Shown here: piece after piece, positions 1 through 10,564 of the stretch
How positions within the stretch are numbered: the stretch's first letter is position 1
Layout: each line of letters starts with the position of its first letter
NCBI GenBank assembly: GCA_963701965.1
Contig: OY969695.1
Span: 5,024,001 to 5,088,000 of the forward strand
DNA length: 64,000 bases
Origin: an uncultured Gemmatimonadales bacterium
Lineage (GTDB): Bacteria > Gemmatimonadota > Gemmatimonadetes > Gemmatimonadales > Gemmatimonadaceae
Direction: 5' to 3'
Position numbers and translations under genes: made by a program
Notes under the pieces: generated by a model
What the model saw: only the letters and a program-made list of their open reading frames with translations
What the model was told of the DNA's origin: nothing
Databases searched by the model: none

Positions 1-276
1 GCGATCGTAATGATCGGGGAGATCGGCGGCTCCGATGAGCAGGACGCGGCGGCCTACGTCGGCCGCAATGTCATGAAGCCGGTCGTCGGATTCATCGCCG
101 GGCGCACGGCGCCGCCGGGACGCCGGATGGGGCACGCCGGCGCGATCGTCGGCGGAGCCGGGCAGACGGCCGCGGATAAAGTCATGGCGTTGCGGCAGGC
201 TGGTATCCCCGTGGCCGACCGGCCCGTGGATGTCGTCGGTCTCCTGCGCGAGCGCCTCGCGGTCGCGGCGCGGTGA
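1..276 (+). CDS. sucD: Succinyl-CoA ligase alpha subunit, C-terminal part (runs off window start)
   Basis: [10 protein letters not shown]...[24 protein letters not shown] signature containing the phospho-His. Confidence 0.95.
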   Translation, partial: AIVMIGEIGGSDEQDAAAYVGRNVMKPVVGFIAGRTAPPGRRMGHAGAIVGGAGQTAADKVMALRQAGIPVADRPVDVVGLLRERLAVAAR

Positions 277-1154
277 CACTGGCGGACTTGCTGCGAGCGG
301 ACTGCGTCGTCGTTCCGCTCGCGGCAACCACGGTGGAGGGCGCGGCCCGCGAGCTCCTGGCGCGGTTGGAGGCGGCCGGCCGGATTACCGACGCCGCGAA
401 GATGCGCGACCGCATCGAAGAGGATCGACCCGAGGACATTGTCGCAATGGGCGACCGGGCGTTCCTGCTCCACTATCGGACAAATGCCTCGACGACGCTC
501 ACCGTCGCGTTCGGGACGGCGGAACGCCCGATTTGTCGGGAGCTGTCCGACGGGGACCGGCAATGCGCGCGCGTCATGCTCCTCGTGGCGGCCCCTCCGC
601 GCTTGGCGGCGCGGTATCTCCAGGTCGTGGGCGCGTTCGCCCGGTTTCTGTCGAGCGCCGAGCGCGTCGATGCCGTGTTGGCGCAGCCGACCGCCGAGGC
701 GCTCGTGGCGCTCGACGAGCTGCGCGAGTATGCGCTCCCCGCCCAGCTCACCGTTCGCGAGATGATGACCGATCGGCCCTACACGACGCACCCCGACACG
801 CCAATGCGCGAGGCGGCCCGGGAGATGGTGCGGTGGCGCGTCGGCGCCCTCCCGGTCGTGGAAACGGACGGTCGTCTGGTGGGGATGTTGAGCTCGCGGG
901 ATCTCGTCCGCGACCTTCTCGGCAGCTACCTGCAGGGCGGCGGGGAGCGGCCGACGCCCACGCGGACCGGGCGGCGCACCGTCCGCGACGTCATGACCCG
1001 TCAGGTCCTGTGTGTCTCGCCGGACGAGCCGCTGGCCGAGGTGGCGTCCCTCATGACCAACAAGGACGTCGAGCGGGTGCCGGTAGTACACGACGGACGG
1101 CTCGTCGGTTTTCTTACGCGCGGCGACATTGTGCGCCGATTGATCGGCTCTTAA
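273..1154 (+). CDS. PTS EIIA(Fru/Ntr)-like domain fused to a CBS-domain pair
   Basis: N-terminal 'MTLADLL...ARELLARL...AFLLHYRT...VAFG...[12 protein letters not shown]' EIIA-like pattern; C-terminal tandem CBS motifs ([24 protein letters not shown]); GTGA overlap with sucD. Confidence 0.75.
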   Translation: MTLADLLRADCVVVPLAATTVEGAARELLARLEAAGRITDAAKMRDRIEEDRPEDIVAMGDRAFLLHYRTNASTTLTVAFGTAERPICRELSDGDRQCARVMLLVAAPPRLAARYLQVVGAFARFLSSAERVDAVLAQPTAEALVALDELREYALPAQLTVREMMTDRPYTTHPDTPMREAAREMVRWRVGALPVVETDGRLVGMLSSRDLVRDLLGSYLQGGGERPTPTRTGRRTVRDVMTRQVLCVSPDEPLAEVASLMTNKDVERVPVVHDGRLVGFLTRGDIVRRLIGS

Positions 1155-1164
1155 GAGGGGAATG

Positions 1165-1198
1165 CACGCTATGAGCACCACGCTATGAGCACCACGCT
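1165..1198 (+). repeat. 14-bp tandem duplication (CACGCTATGAGCAC x2.4) spanning the ndk start
   Basis: Read directly: copies at 1165-1178, 1179-1192 and partial 1193-1198. Confidence 0.9.
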
Positions 1199-1607
1199 GG
1201 CCATCATCAAGCCGGACGCCTTTGGCGCGTCCAAGACCGGACTCATTCTGGCCCTGCTGGAGAAGGCCGGATTTCGCATCCGGGCGACGCGCGTTCTGCA
1301 TCTCACGGCCGCGCAGGCGGGCGCGTTTTACGCGGTGCACCGCGAGCGGCCGTTCTATCAGTCGTTGGTGAAGTTCATGACGTCGGGGCCCTCCATGCCC
1401 GTCCTGCTGGAGCGGGCCGACGCGGTGACGACCCTGCGGAGCACGATCGGGGCGACCGATCCCGCGCAGGCCGAGCCGGGCACGGTGCGTAAGCTTTACG
1501 CGGAGTCCAAGGAACGGAACGCGATCCATGCGTCCGACTCCGACGCCAACGCCGCGGCGGAGATCGCATTTTTCTTCGCGGCGGGGGATGTGGTCGGCCT
1601 ACCGTAA
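1185..1607 (+). CDS. ndk: Nucleoside diphosphate kinase
   Basis: TLAIIKPDA, FYAVHRERPF, IGATDPAQAEPGTVR, NAIHASDS. Confidence 0.97.
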   Translation: MSTTLAIIKPDAFGASKTGLILALLEKAGFRIRATRVLHLTAAQAGAFYAVHRERPFYQSLVKFMTSGPSMPVLLERADAVTTLRSTIGATDPAQAEPGTVRKLYAESKERNAIHASDSDANAAAEIAFFFAAGDVVGLP

Positions 1608-1636
1608 GTCCGTCGGAGGCCGTATCTTAGTTGGTT

Positions 1637-2152
1637 ATGTTGGTGCTCGATCTTCGTTCGCTTGCGACGGCCGCCGTCACGGTGGACGACGTGCTGCCGT
1701 CTGCCGATCCCGTGTGGCAGGAGCAGGACGCCGTGCCTAAAGATGGCGTCCGCGTGACCGGGCGGGTCTCCGCCGCCGGCGCCGCGCGGTACTACTTTAG
1801 CGGGCGCTTGTCGGGCGTGCTGCACGGGGAGTGCCGGCGGTGTTTGACGGACGTGGACGTTACGGTCGAGGAGCCCGCGCATTTTCTCTTCGGGGAAGCG
1901 GGCGCCGATGACCTCGATGACCCGGACGTGTTCGTGTTCGACCCGCGCGACTCGGGTCTCGATCTGCGACCCGCCGTCCGCGAGCAGTGGCTCCTGGCGG
2001 CGCCGGCATTCGTGGAATGTCGCGCGGATTGCCGGGGCCTCTGTCCCACGTGCGGGGCCGATCTCAACGCCGGCGCCTGCTCGTGCGAGCCGGCGGGCGA
2101 CAACCGGTGGACGGCGCTGCGCGCTGTCCGCTCTCACTTCGACAATCACTGA
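1637..2152 (+). CDS. yceD: YceD/DUF177 family protein
   Basis: ECRRCL and CRADCRGLCPTCGADLN motifs; directly upstream of rpmF; ATG at 1637 (ORF track uses TTG 1631). Confidence 0.9.
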   Translation: MLVLDLRSLATAAVTVDDVLPSADPVWQEQDAVPKDGVRVTGRVSAAGAARYYFSGRLSGVLHGECRRCLTDVDVTVEEPAHFLFGEAGADDLDDPDVFVFDPRDSGLDLRPAVREQWLLAAPAFVECRADCRGLCPTCGADLNAGACSCEPAGDNRWTALRAVRSHFDNH

Positions 2153-2164
2153 GTACTACCGATC

Positions 2165-2347
2165 ATGGCCGTTCCCAAGCGACGTACCTCCAAGCGGAAG
2201 AAGCGCGCGCGCAACACGCACAAAGCCGCGCCCGCGATCGTGCTGCAGGCGTGTCCGCGCTGCAACAGCATGAAGCGCCCGCATCATGTGTGTGAAGAGT
2301 GCGGGTATTACGCAGGTGAGCAGCGGGTCGTCGCCAAGGAAGCCTGA
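2165..2347 (+). CDS. rpmF: 50S ribosomal protein L32 (Zn-ribbon type)
   Basis: MAVPKRRTSKRKKRARNTH...CPRC...HHVCEECGYY. Confidence 0.98.
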   Translation: MAVPKRRTSKRKKRARNTHKAAPAIVLQACPRCNSMKRPHHVCEECGYYAGEQRVVAKEA

Positions 2348-2349
2348 GC

Positions 2350-3354
2350 TTGGCGCGCATCGCGTTGGATGCGATGGGCGGCGATCACGCGCCCCGGGCG
2401 ACGGTCGCCGGCGCGTTGATGGCGCTCGCCGAATTGCCGGAACCGCACGTCATCCAGCTCGTGGGGCGGTCGGCCGACATTGAGGCGGAGCTAGCGGCCC
2501 TCGAGGCCGATCGCGCGCGGCTGGAGATCGTCGAGGCGCCCGACGTCATCGCGATGACGGACAAGCCGGGTGTGGCGCTACGCAGCAAACGGAGCTCGAT
2601 GGTCGTGGGACTCGAGCTCCAGGCCCGTGGCGCGTCCGACGGGTTCGTGTCGGCCGGCAATACCGGCGCCCAGATGGCAGCGTCGATGCGCATCCTCAAG
2701 CTCATGCCCGGCCTCGAGCGGCCGGCGATCGGGACCGTGTTTCCGACGGCCCGGAGGCCCGTGCTCGTGCTCGACAGCGGCGCCAACGTCGACTGCTCCG
2801 CCGAAGAGCTGGTCCAGTTCGCGCGCCTTGGCGCCGTGTACGCCGAGGATCTGCTGGGGCGGTCCAATCCGGTGATCGGACTGTTGAGCATCGGCGAAGA
2901 GGACGAAAAAGGCAACACCGTTGTGAAGGAGGCCAACGCGCTGCTCCGGGCGTCGGGGCTCAACTTTCAGGGCAACATCGAAGGGCGCGATGTTCCGGAA
3001 GGCGCGAGCGAGCGTGGCCCGTTCGATGTCGCGGTGTGCGACGGGTTCGTCGGCAACGTCCTGCTCAAGTTCTACGAGTCACTCGCGCCCGTGGTGATGC
3101 GCATGGTCGCCGAGGGCCTCAAGCTCGATCTCGCGCAAGTGCGCAAAGGGTTCACGCAGCTCGATTACTCGGAGCACGGCGGCGCGCCGCTCCTCGGTGT
3201 CGAGGGTGTGAGTATCATCTCCCACGGCAAGTCGAATGACCGTGCGATCAAGAACGCCATTCGCGTCGCCGTGCGCGCGGTCGAGAGCCGCATGGCGGAG
3301 CATGCCAGTCGCCGGCTGACGGAGTCGATGGCGCGGAGCGGGACCCCCAGTTGA
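2350..3354 (+). CDS. plsX: Phosphate acyltransferase PlsX
   Basis: IALDAMGGDHAP, SAGNTGA, LDSGANVD, CDGFVGN, SHGKS. Confidence 0.97.
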   Translation: MARIALDAMGGDHAPRATVAGALMALAELPEPHVIQLVGRSADIEAELAALEADRARLEIVEAPDVIAMTDKPGVALRSKRSSMVVGLELQARGASDGFVSAGNTGAQMAASMRILKLMPGLERPAIGTVFPTARRPVLVLDSGANVDCSAEELVQFARLGAVYAEDLLGRSNPVIGLLSIGEEDEKGNTVVKEANALLRASGLNFQGNIEGRDVPEGASERGPFDVAVCDGFVGNVLLKFYESLAPVVMRMVAEGLKLDLAQVRKGFTQLDYSEHGGAPLLGVEGVSIISHGKSNDRAIKNAIRVAVRAVESRMAEHASRRLTESMARSGTPS

Positions 3355-4340
3355 AGCGTCCGATCGCGTATCTCGCCGGCACCGGCCGCGGCCTCCCGGC
3401 GCACGTGATGACCAACCACGAGTTTGCCGCGCTGGGCATCGACACGTCGCACGAGTGGATTGTCGAACGGTCGGGGATTGTGCAGCGGCACATCGCGCGC
3501 GACGGCGAGTCGACGTGCTCGATGGCTGTCGCCGCGGCCCAGTCGGCCATGCAGCGCGCCGGAGTCATGCCCGGCGAGTTGGACGCGATCATCCTGAGCA
3601 CGGCGACACCCGACCGCCTCCTGCCGTCCACGGCGGTCGAGGTGCAGGCGGCCCTTGGCGCCTCGCGGGCCGCGGCGTTCGACGTGTCCGCGGCGTGCTC
3701 CGGATGGCTCTATGGTCTCACGGTCGCCGAGGGACTCATCGCCGCCGGATCGGCCGAGACGATCCTCGTCATCGGATCGGAGAAGATGAGCGCCATTCTG
3801 GACTGGACCGATCGCAGCACGTGCGTCCTGTTCGGCGATGGCGCGGGCGCGGCGATCGTCAAGCGGTCCAAAGCCCACAAAGGCATCCTGTCGTCGTTCG
3901 TACGGAGCGATGGGACGCTGGCCGACCTGTTGCACCGGCCCAATGGCGGCGCCAACCGCCCGTTGTCCGAAGACGTGCTCCGCGACCGCACCCATTTCGT
4001 GAAGATGCAGGGACGCGAGGTCTTCAAGTACGCCGTCCGCTCGATGGCCGAGGCGGCCGACCGGGCGCTCGATGGCGCGCGGCTCACGGGACACGACATC
4101 GACCTGTTCGTGCCGCACCAGGCCAACGTCCGGATCATCGAGGCGACGGCCAAGCACGCGAATATTCCGCTGCAAAAGGTCTTCATCAACGTCGACCGGT
4201 ACGGCAACACGTCATCGGCGACGATTCCGATCGCGCTCGATGAGGCCATCGAGTGCGGGCGCATCCACGAGGGGTCGACCGTGCTGTTCGTGGCGTTTGG
4301 CGCGGGGCTCACTTGGGGCTCCATGGTCGTCCGCTTCTAA
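3351..4340 (+). CDS. fabH: 3-oxoacyl-ACP synthase III
   Basis: AACSG, PHQANVRII, YGNTSSATIP, GAGLTWG. Confidence 0.97.
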   Translation: MKRPIAYLAGTGRGLPAHVMTNHEFAALGIDTSHEWIVERSGIVQRHIARDGESTCSMAVAAAQSAMQRAGVMPGELDAIILSTATPDRLLPSTAVEVQAALGASRAAAFDVSAACSGWLYGLTVAEGLIAAGSAETILVIGSEKMSAILDWTDRSTCVLFGDGAGAAIVKRSKAHKGILSSFVRSDGTLADLLHRPNGGANRPLSEDVLRDRTHFVKMQGREVFKYAVRSMAEAADRALDGARLTGHDIDLFVPHQANVRIIEATAKHANIPLQKVFINVDRYGNTSSATIPIALDEAIECGRIHEGSTVLFVAFGAGLTWGSMVVRF

Positions 4341-4343
4341 CCG

Positions 4344-5285
4344 ATGGACCTGGTCCTCCTCTTTCCCGGCCAGGGATCGCAGAAGCCGGGCATGGGCCGC
4401 GATCTCGCCGAGGCGTTCCCCGCGGCCCGCGACGTCTTCTCCAGCGTCGACTCGGCGCTGGGCGTCGCCTTGAGCCGACTCGCCTTCGACGGCCCGGCCG
4501 ACGAGCTGACCATGACGCACAACGCCCAGCCGGCGCTCCTGGCCCACAGCGCCGCGGCGTGGGCGGTGATTGGCCCTGCGCTGGCAGCCAATGTCCGCGC
4601 GGCCGCCGGCCACTCGCTGGGCGAGTTCACGGCCTACCACGCGGCGGGCGCGCTCTCCCTCGACCGCGCCGTCCGGCTCGTGCGGCGTCGTGGCGAGCTG
4701 ATGCGTGACGCCGGCGACACCCGGCCCGGAGCAATGGCGGCGATCCTCGGCGATCTTACGGAGCCGTTGGAGACCCTCTGTCTTCAGGCCAGTGCCGAAG
4801 CGGGTGCAGTCGTTCCTGCCAACTACAACGCCCCGGAGCAGACCGTGATCTCGGGAGAAGTCGCGGGCGTCGAACGCGCGATGGTGCTGGCGAAAGAGCG
4901 CGGTGCGAAGCGCGCGCTGCGCCTGCCGGTGAGCGGCGCATTTCACTCGCCCCTGATGGCGCCGTCGGCGCCGGGGCTCTCGTCGGCATTGGCTGCCGCG
5001 GGGTTCGCGGACGCCCGCTTGCCAATCTACGCGAACGTAGACGCCCAACCGTCGACCAGTGCGGCAGTTGCCCAGGAGAAACTCCTCCGCCAGCTCACGT
5101 CTCCCGTGCGCTGGGTCGATGTCGTGCGGGCGCTCGCGTCGGCGTTTCCGTCGGCACTCTTTCTCGAGGTCGGCACCGGCGCCGTCCTCACGGGACTCGT
5201 GAAGCGCATCGCGCCGGCCGTCGCCACGGCGACGTGCGGCACGGCCGCCGAAGTCGACGCGGTCCTCGGCCGGGCCGCGGCATGA
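4344..5285 (+). CDS. fabD: Malonyl-CoA:ACP transacylase
   Basis: FPGQGSQ, GHSLGE, SGAFHSPLM. Confidence 0.97.
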   Translation: MDLVLLFPGQGSQKPGMGRDLAEAFPAARDVFSSVDSALGVALSRLAFDGPADELTMTHNAQPALLAHSAAAWAVIGPALAANVRAAAGHSLGEFTAYHAAGALSLDRAVRLVRRRGELMRDAGDTRPGAMAAILGDLTEPLETLCLQASAEAGAVVPANYNAPEQTVISGEVAGVERAMVLAKERGAKRALRLPVSGAFHSPLMAPSAPGLSSALAAAGFADARLPIYANVDAQPSTSAAVAQEKLLRQLTSPVRWVDVVRALASAFPSALFLEVGTGAVLTGLVKRIAPAVATATCGTAAEVDAVLGRAAA

Positions 5286-6019
5286 AGATCGATCTCACCG
5301 GGAAGAGCGCCGTCGTCACTGGCGGCACGCGCGGGATCGGCCGGGCCATCGCCGCATCGCTCGTCGAGGCGGGGGCGCGCGTCGCGGTCGTCGGACGGAC
5401 GGCATCTACCGCCGAGGAGACCGCCGCCGCGCTCGGGCCGCTGGCCCGGGGATTCGCCGGCGACGTCGCCGATCCGGCCTCGGTGACGGCGATGGTCACC
5501 GCGGTTGAAGCGGCGTTCGGCGCCATCGACATCCTGGTCAACAATGCGGGCGTGACCCGCGACAACATTCTCCCGCGCCTCAAGGATGCCGACTGGGATG
5601 AGGTGATCGACACCAATCTCCGCTCGGCGTTCCTCACCACGCGGGCCGCGGCGCGCGGCATGATGAAGCGGCGGTGGGGCCGCGTGATCAACATCGCGAG
5701 CGTCGTCGGTCTCGTCGGCAACAAAGGCCAGTCGAACTACGCCGCGAGCAAGGCCGGCCTGATCGGCCTCACCAAGTCGATCGCCAAAGAGCTGGCCTCG
5801 CGGAACATTCTGGCCAACGTCGTCGCCCCGGGTTTCATCGAAACCGACATGACGAACGCCATGACGCCCGATGCGCGCGAGGCGCTCGTCCGACAGATTC
5901 CACTGGAGCGTTTGGGAACGCCGGCCGACATTGCGGCGCTCGTCACCTTTCTCTCGTCCGATCGCGCCGCCTATGTGACCGGACAGGTGTTTGTTGTAGA
6001 CGGCGGTATGGTGATGTAA
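5282..6019 (+). CDS. fabG: 3-oxoacyl-ACP reductase
   Basis: [24 protein letters not shown] 5282 overlaps the fabD stop. Confidence 0.97.
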   Translation: MKIDLTGKSAVVTGGTRGIGRAIAASLVEAGARVAVVGRTASTAEETAAALGPLARGFAGDVADPASVTAMVTAVEAAFGAIDILVNNAGVTRDNILPRLKDADWDEVIDTNLRSAFLTTRAAARGMMKRRWGRVINIASVVGLVGNKGQSNYAASKAGLIGLTKSIAKELASRNILANVVAPGFIETDMTNAMTPDAREALVRQIPLERLGTPADIAALVTFLSSDRAAYVTGQVFVVDGGMVM

Positions 6020-6080
6020 TGCGGGGAAAACGTTAGATTTAGGGCTTGGTCAACAACCTTCCGACCTCACCGAGGGGCGC

Positions 6081-6320
6081 ATGTCAGGAAATGAGGAGAA
6101 AGTCAAAGAGATCATCGAAAAGGAGCTCGGCGTCGAGCGCGACAAGCTCACTGACGATGCAAACTTCATTGAGGACCTTGGCGCGGACAGCCTCGACATC
6201 GTCGAGCTGGTCATGGAGTTCGAGAAGGAGTTCAACATCGACATCCCGGATGAGGACGCCGAGAAGCTCAAGACCGTCGGCGACGCAATGAAGTATCTGA
6301 ACTCCAAAGTCGCGGCATGA
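6081..6320 (+). CDS. acpP: Acyl carrier protein
   Basis: [14 protein letters not shown] phosphopantetheine motif. Confidence 0.98.
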   Translation: MSGNEEKVKEIIEKELGVERDKLTDDANFIEDLGADSLDIVELVMEFEKEFNIDIPDEDAEKLKTVGDAMKYLNSKVAA

Positions 6321-7579
6321 GTCGCCGCCGGGTCGCTGTCACTGGCCTGGGCTTGCTCTCGCCCGTCGGCAATGACGTGGCGGCGACTTGGCGTGCGCTA
6401 TTGAGCGGCGTGAGCGGCGCCGCGCCGATCACCAAGTTCAATGCATCGGCGTTTCCGGTCCGGTTCGCTGCCGAAGTGAAGGGGTTCGACCCGTTGCTCT
6501 ACATGGATCGCAAGGAAGCGAAGCGATCCGATCTCTATACGCAGTACGCACTGGCCGCGTCGGTGCAGGCGATGCGCGACGCGGGGCTGACGAACGGCGA
6601 CGGCAGGCCGGCGAAGGTCGTGCCGGAACGCATTGGCGTGATCGTCGGCAGTGGTATTGGAGGGCTCAAGAGCTTCGAGGAGCAGCACGACGTCTACCAT
6701 GAGAATGGGCCGTCGCGCATCTCACCGTTCTTCATCCCGATGTTCATCGCGGATATCGCGGCGGGCATCGTCTCCATGCGGTTCAACGCCAAGGGCCCGA
6801 ATTACGCGACGGTGTCGGCGTGCGCCACCGGCGCCCACGCGATCGGCGCCGCCTTTCGCGCGATCCAGTACGGGGACGCGGATGTCATGATCTGCGGAGG
6901 CGCCGAGGCGACCGTGACGCCAATGGCGATCGGCGGCTTCGCCAATATGAAGGCGCTGTCGGAGCGCAACGCGACGCCGGCCACGGCGTCCCGTCCGTTC
7001 GACGCCACCCGCGACGGCTTCGTGATGGGCGAGGGCGCGGGGGTCGTGGTCCTCGAGGAGTGGGAGCACGCGATGGCGCGCGGCGCCACCATTCACGCCG
7101 AGGTGGTCGGGTTCGGCGCGACGGGCGACGCCTACCACCTGACCGCGCCGGCGCCCGGCGGGGAAGGCGCTCAACGGGCCATGCGCACGGCGATGGCCGA
7201 CGCCCGGCTCGAACCGGGCGAGGTGCAGTACATCAATGCCCACGGCACGTCGACGCCCACCGGCGATATCAGCGAGACGACGGCCATCAAATCGGTCTTC
7301 GGGGAAGGCGCCGGCAAGCTCAATGTCAGCTCGACGAAATCGGCCACCGGGCACATGCTGGGAGCCGCGGGCGGCGCCGAATTCATCATCACGGTGCTGG
7401 CTCTGCGCGAGCGCATCGTGCCGCCGACGATCAATTACGAGACGCCGGACGCCGCGTGCGACCTCAACTACACGCCCAATAAACCGGTCGAGCGGGATCT
7501 GACGGCGGCGCTCACGAACAGCTTCGGCTTCGGCGGGCACAACGTCACGCTGGCCGTACGCCGCATCGACGGCCGATGA
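6317..7579 (+). CDS. fabF: 3-oxoacyl-ACP synthase II
   Basis: [32 protein letters not shown]. Confidence 0.97.
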   Translation: MSRRRVAVTGLGLLSPVGNDVAATWRALLSGVSGAAPITKFNASAFPVRFAAEVKGFDPLLYMDRKEAKRSDLYTQYALAASVQAMRDAGLTNGDGRPAKVVPERIGVIVGSGIGGLKSFEEQHDVYHENGPSRISPFFIPMFIADIAAGIVSMRFNAKGPNYATVSACATGAHAIGAAFRAIQYGDADVMICGGAEATVTPMAIGGFANMKALSERNATPATASRPFDATRDGFVMGEGAGVVVLEEWEHAMARGATIHAEVVGFGATGDAYHLTAPAPGGEGAQRAMRTAMADARLEPGEVQYINAHGTSTPTGDISETTAIKSVFGEGAGKLNVSSTKSATGHMLGAAGGAEFIITVLALRERIVPPTINYETPDAACDLNYTPNKPVERDLTAALTNSFGFGGHNVTLAVRRIDGR

Positions 7580-8706
7580 GCGGCGGGGATGTATCGGCGA
7601 TCGCCGAGAAGATCACGGCGGGCGAGCGGCTGAGCGACGCCGACGCGATCACCCTGTTTCGGACACCGGATATCCTGGCCGTCGGTCGCCTCGCCGATAC
7701 CGTCAATCGCGCCAAGCACGGCGACCGCGTGTTGTTCGCCGCCAATCAGCACATCAATCCGACCAACGTCTGCGTCCTTCGGAAGACCTGCGTCTTTTGC
7801 TCCTTCGCGCGGCTGCCGAAAGAAGAAGGGTCGTACCACTACACGCTGGATGAGGTCTACGCCGAAGCGTCGGCTGCCGCGAACGGTCTGACCCGCGAGT
7901 TTCACATCGTCGGTGGCCTCGACATGAAAGCGGGCCTCGCCTACTACGCGGACATGTTCCGCGGCCTCAAGGCGCGCCACCCGCACGTCCACATCAAGGC
8001 CCTGACCGCGGTCGAGATCGCCCACATCGCCCGCATCGAGAAGATGTCGGTCGAAGCCGTCTTGATCGCGCTGCGCGAGGCGGGCTTGGATACGCTGCCC
8101 GGCGGTGGGGCCGAAGTCTTCAGCCGCGCGGTGCGGGCGACGATCGCCGACCGGAAGCTCGGCGCCGACGAGTGGATCGACGTCCACCGGATCGCGCACC
8201 GGCTCGGCATTCGATCCAACTGCACCATGCTCTACGGCCATGTCGAGACGATCGAGGATCGCGTCGAGCACTTGAGCATGCTGCGGGCACTGCAGGATGA
8301 GACGGGCGGATTCCTGGCGTACATCCCGCTGGCCTACCACCCGGATCACAACGAGTTGGGGGTCACCCTGGGCCGCACGGGGACCGCGACGACGGGGATG
8401 GACGACCTGCGCAATCTGGCGGTCGGCCGGCTGTATCTGGATAACTTCGATCACATCAAGACGCACTGGATCATGGTCACGCCGTTTCTTTCGCAGGCCG
8501 CCCTGGCCTTTGGCGTGAACGACATGGAAGGGACCGTCGTGCGCGAGAAGATCTATCACGAGGCGGGCGCCCACACGGCGCAGGGTCTCTCGCTCGATGA
8601 GATCTTGGCGCTGATCCGCGGTGCGGGGAAGATCCCGGTCGAGCGCGACTCGTTCTATCACATCGTGCGGACGTTCGACACGCCCGCCGCTGTCGCGGCG
8701 GCGTGA
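7576..8706 (+). CDS. mqnE: Aminofutalosine synthase (CofH-like radical SAM)
   Basis: INPTNVC, HIVGG, PGGGAE, FIPLAYHPDHN-type and VREKIYHEAGA motifs; next to mqnA and mqnC. Confidence 0.88.
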   Translation: MSGGDVSAIAEKITAGERLSDADAITLFRTPDILAVGRLADTVNRAKHGDRVLFAANQHINPTNVCVLRKTCVFCSFARLPKEEGSYHYTLDEVYAEASAAANGLTREFHIVGGLDMKAGLAYYADMFRGLKARHPHVHIKALTAVEIAHIARIEKMSVEAVLIALREAGLDTLPGGGAEVFSRAVRATIADRKLGADEWIDVHRIAHRLGIRSNCTMLYGHVETIEDRVEHLSMLRALQDETGGFLAYIPLAYHPDHNELGVTLGRTGTATTGMDDLRNLAVGRLYLDNFDHIKTHWIMVTPFLSQAALAFGVNDMEGTVVREKIYHEAGAHTAQGLSLDEILALIRGAGKIPVERDSFYHIVRTFDTPAAVAAA

Positions 8707-9530
8707 TGCGCATCGGCCGCATCCCCTATGTGAACTGCTACCCCGTGTATGGGGCCGTCGACCGTGGTCTGGTGACGCTCGGCGCCCAGCTCGTCGACGG
8801 CGTGCCGACCGCGTTGAATGCGCTGATGGCGGGCGGGCAGCTCGACATTAGCGTCGTCTCCGCCGTCGAATACGCCCGCGACAGCGCGCGCTACCTGTTG
8901 TTGCCGGATCTCGCCATTTCCTGCGATGGGCCGGTCCGGAGCGTGATGCTGTTCGGCAAGCGACCCGCGCAGGAGTTGGACGGGCGCCGCGTCCTGGTGA
9001 GCCGGTCGTCCATGACCAGCGTGGCCCTCCTGGAGATGCTCTTCCGGCACGTGTGGCACGCCGAGCCGGACTTCGTGCCGGGCGACGCCGAGATAGGCGA
9101 TCTGGCGCGGTTCGACGATGAATCGCACGACGCGCGCCTCGTGATCGGCGACGCGGCGCTGCTCCTCTCGGGGCGCGAGACCGACTATCCGTACTGCTAC
9201 GATCTGGGCGCCGAGTGGAAGCGGTGGACGGGCCTGCCGTTCGTGTTCGCGGTGTGGGTGGCACAGCGGACGACGCCCGTGGAGGACGCCCTGCGCGTGC
9301 ACGCGGGCCTGATCGCGTCCCGGGACTGGGGACTCGCCCACCTCGACACGCTGGCCCACCAGGCGGCCGCGACGACGGGGGTTTCGCTGCCGGTGTGTCA
9401 GGCCTATCTCTCGGGCTTGGACTATCGGCTCTCCTACCCGCATCTCGCCGGACTCACGGACTTCTTCCGGCGTCTGGTGCTGGCGGGGCAGGTGCCGGAC
9501 GGCGGGCTCGCCTTTTTGCCGGCGGATTGA
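8706..9530 (+). CDS. mqnA: Chorismate dehydratase (futalosine pathway)
   Basis: RIGRIPYVNCYP, GPVRSV, LVIGDAAL, DLGAEWKRWTGLPFVFAVW. Confidence 0.92.
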   Translation: MRIGRIPYVNCYPVYGAVDRGLVTLGAQLVDGVPTALNALMAGGQLDISVVSAVEYARDSARYLLLPDLAISCDGPVRSVMLFGKRPAQELDGRRVLVSRSSMTSVALLEMLFRHVWHAEPDFVPGDAEIGDLARFDDESHDARLVIGDAALLLSGRETDYPYCYDLGAEWKRWTGLPFVFAVWVAQRTTPVEDALRVHAGLIASRDWGLAHLDTLAHQAAATTGVSLPVCQAYLSGLDYRLSYPHLAGLTDFFRRLVLAGQVPDGGLAFLPAD

Positions 9531-10564
9531 TGCGCGACCTTTTGGAGTTCTACGAGCGGGCGCCGCTCATCGAGCTGGGCGCCGAGGCGGACCGCGTCCG
9601 GCGCGAGAAGCACCCCGAGGATGTGGTGACGTTCATCGTCGACCGGAACATCAACTACACCAACGTCTGTGTGGCCGACTGCGGGTTCTGCGCGTTCTAT
9701 CGCCGCCCGCGACATCAGCAGGGCTACACGTTGTCCTTCGAGCAGATCGGCGCCAAGATCAATGAGACGAAAGCGCTGGGCGGCGTCCAGATCCTGATTC
9801 AGGGCGGGCACAACCCGTACATCCCGTTCCAGTGGTATCTGGACCTGCTCCGCTACATCAAGACGTACCACCCGATCCACATTCACGGGTTCAGCCCGAG
9901 CGAGATCGACTTCTTCTCGACGGTGTTCCGCATGGACGCCCGGGATGTCATCCGCGAGCTGCAGAAGGCCGGCCTCGACTCGATCCCGGGCGGCGGCGGC
10001 GAGATTCTCGTGCAGCGCGTGCGGGACATCGTGGCCCGCAAGAAGGCGGGCGCCGACCGGTGGCTCGAGATCATGGAGCTCGCGCATCAGGAAGGGATGA
10101 AGACGACGGTGACCATGATGTACGGTCTGGGCGAGACGAACGCCGAGCGGCTCGAGCATCTCACGCGGGTGCGCGATGTGCAGGCGCGGACCGGCGGGTT
10201 CACGGCGTTCATCTGCTGGCCGCTCCAGCCGGAGAACACGCCGACAATGTCGGCGCAGCCCAAGACGGACGCGGTCACGTACCTCCGCACGGTAGCGCTC
10301 GCGCGCCTGACGCTCGACAACGTGCCCAACCTGCAGGCGAGCTGGGTGACGATGGGCCTCAAGATCGGGCAGCTCTCGCTCCGGTTCGGCTGCAACGACT
10401 TCGGGTCGCTCATGATCGAGGAGAACGTCGTCTCGGCGGCCAACACGACGTATCGCACGACCATCGAGGAGCTGGATCGGTTGATCCGTGACGCCGGGTT
10501 CACGCCTGCGCGGCGGCGGCAGGATTACTCGATCGTGAGCGCGTCGGCGGCACACGCGGCGTGA
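9530..10564 (+). CDS. mqnC: Cyclic dehypoxanthine futalosine synthase (radical SAM)
   Basis: DRNINYTNVCVADCGFCAFYR, QGGHNP, NDFGSLMIEENVVSAA; ATG overlaps the mqnA stop. Confidence 0.92.
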   Translation: MRDLLEFYERAPLIELGAEADRVRREKHPEDVVTFIVDRNINYTNVCVADCGFCAFYRRPRHQQGYTLSFEQIGAKINETKALGGVQILIQGGHNPYIPFQWYLDLLRYIKTYHPIHIHGFSPSEIDFFSTVFRMDARDVIRELQKAGLDSIPGGGGEILVQRVRDIVARKKAGADRWLEIMELAHQEGMKTTVTMMYGLGETNAERLEHLTRVRDVQARTGGFTAFICWPLQPENTPTMSAQPKTDAVTYLRTVALARLTLDNVPNLQASWVTMGLKIGQLSLRFGCNDFGSLMIEENVVSAANTTYRTTIEELDRLIRDAGFTPARRRQDYSIVSASAAHAA

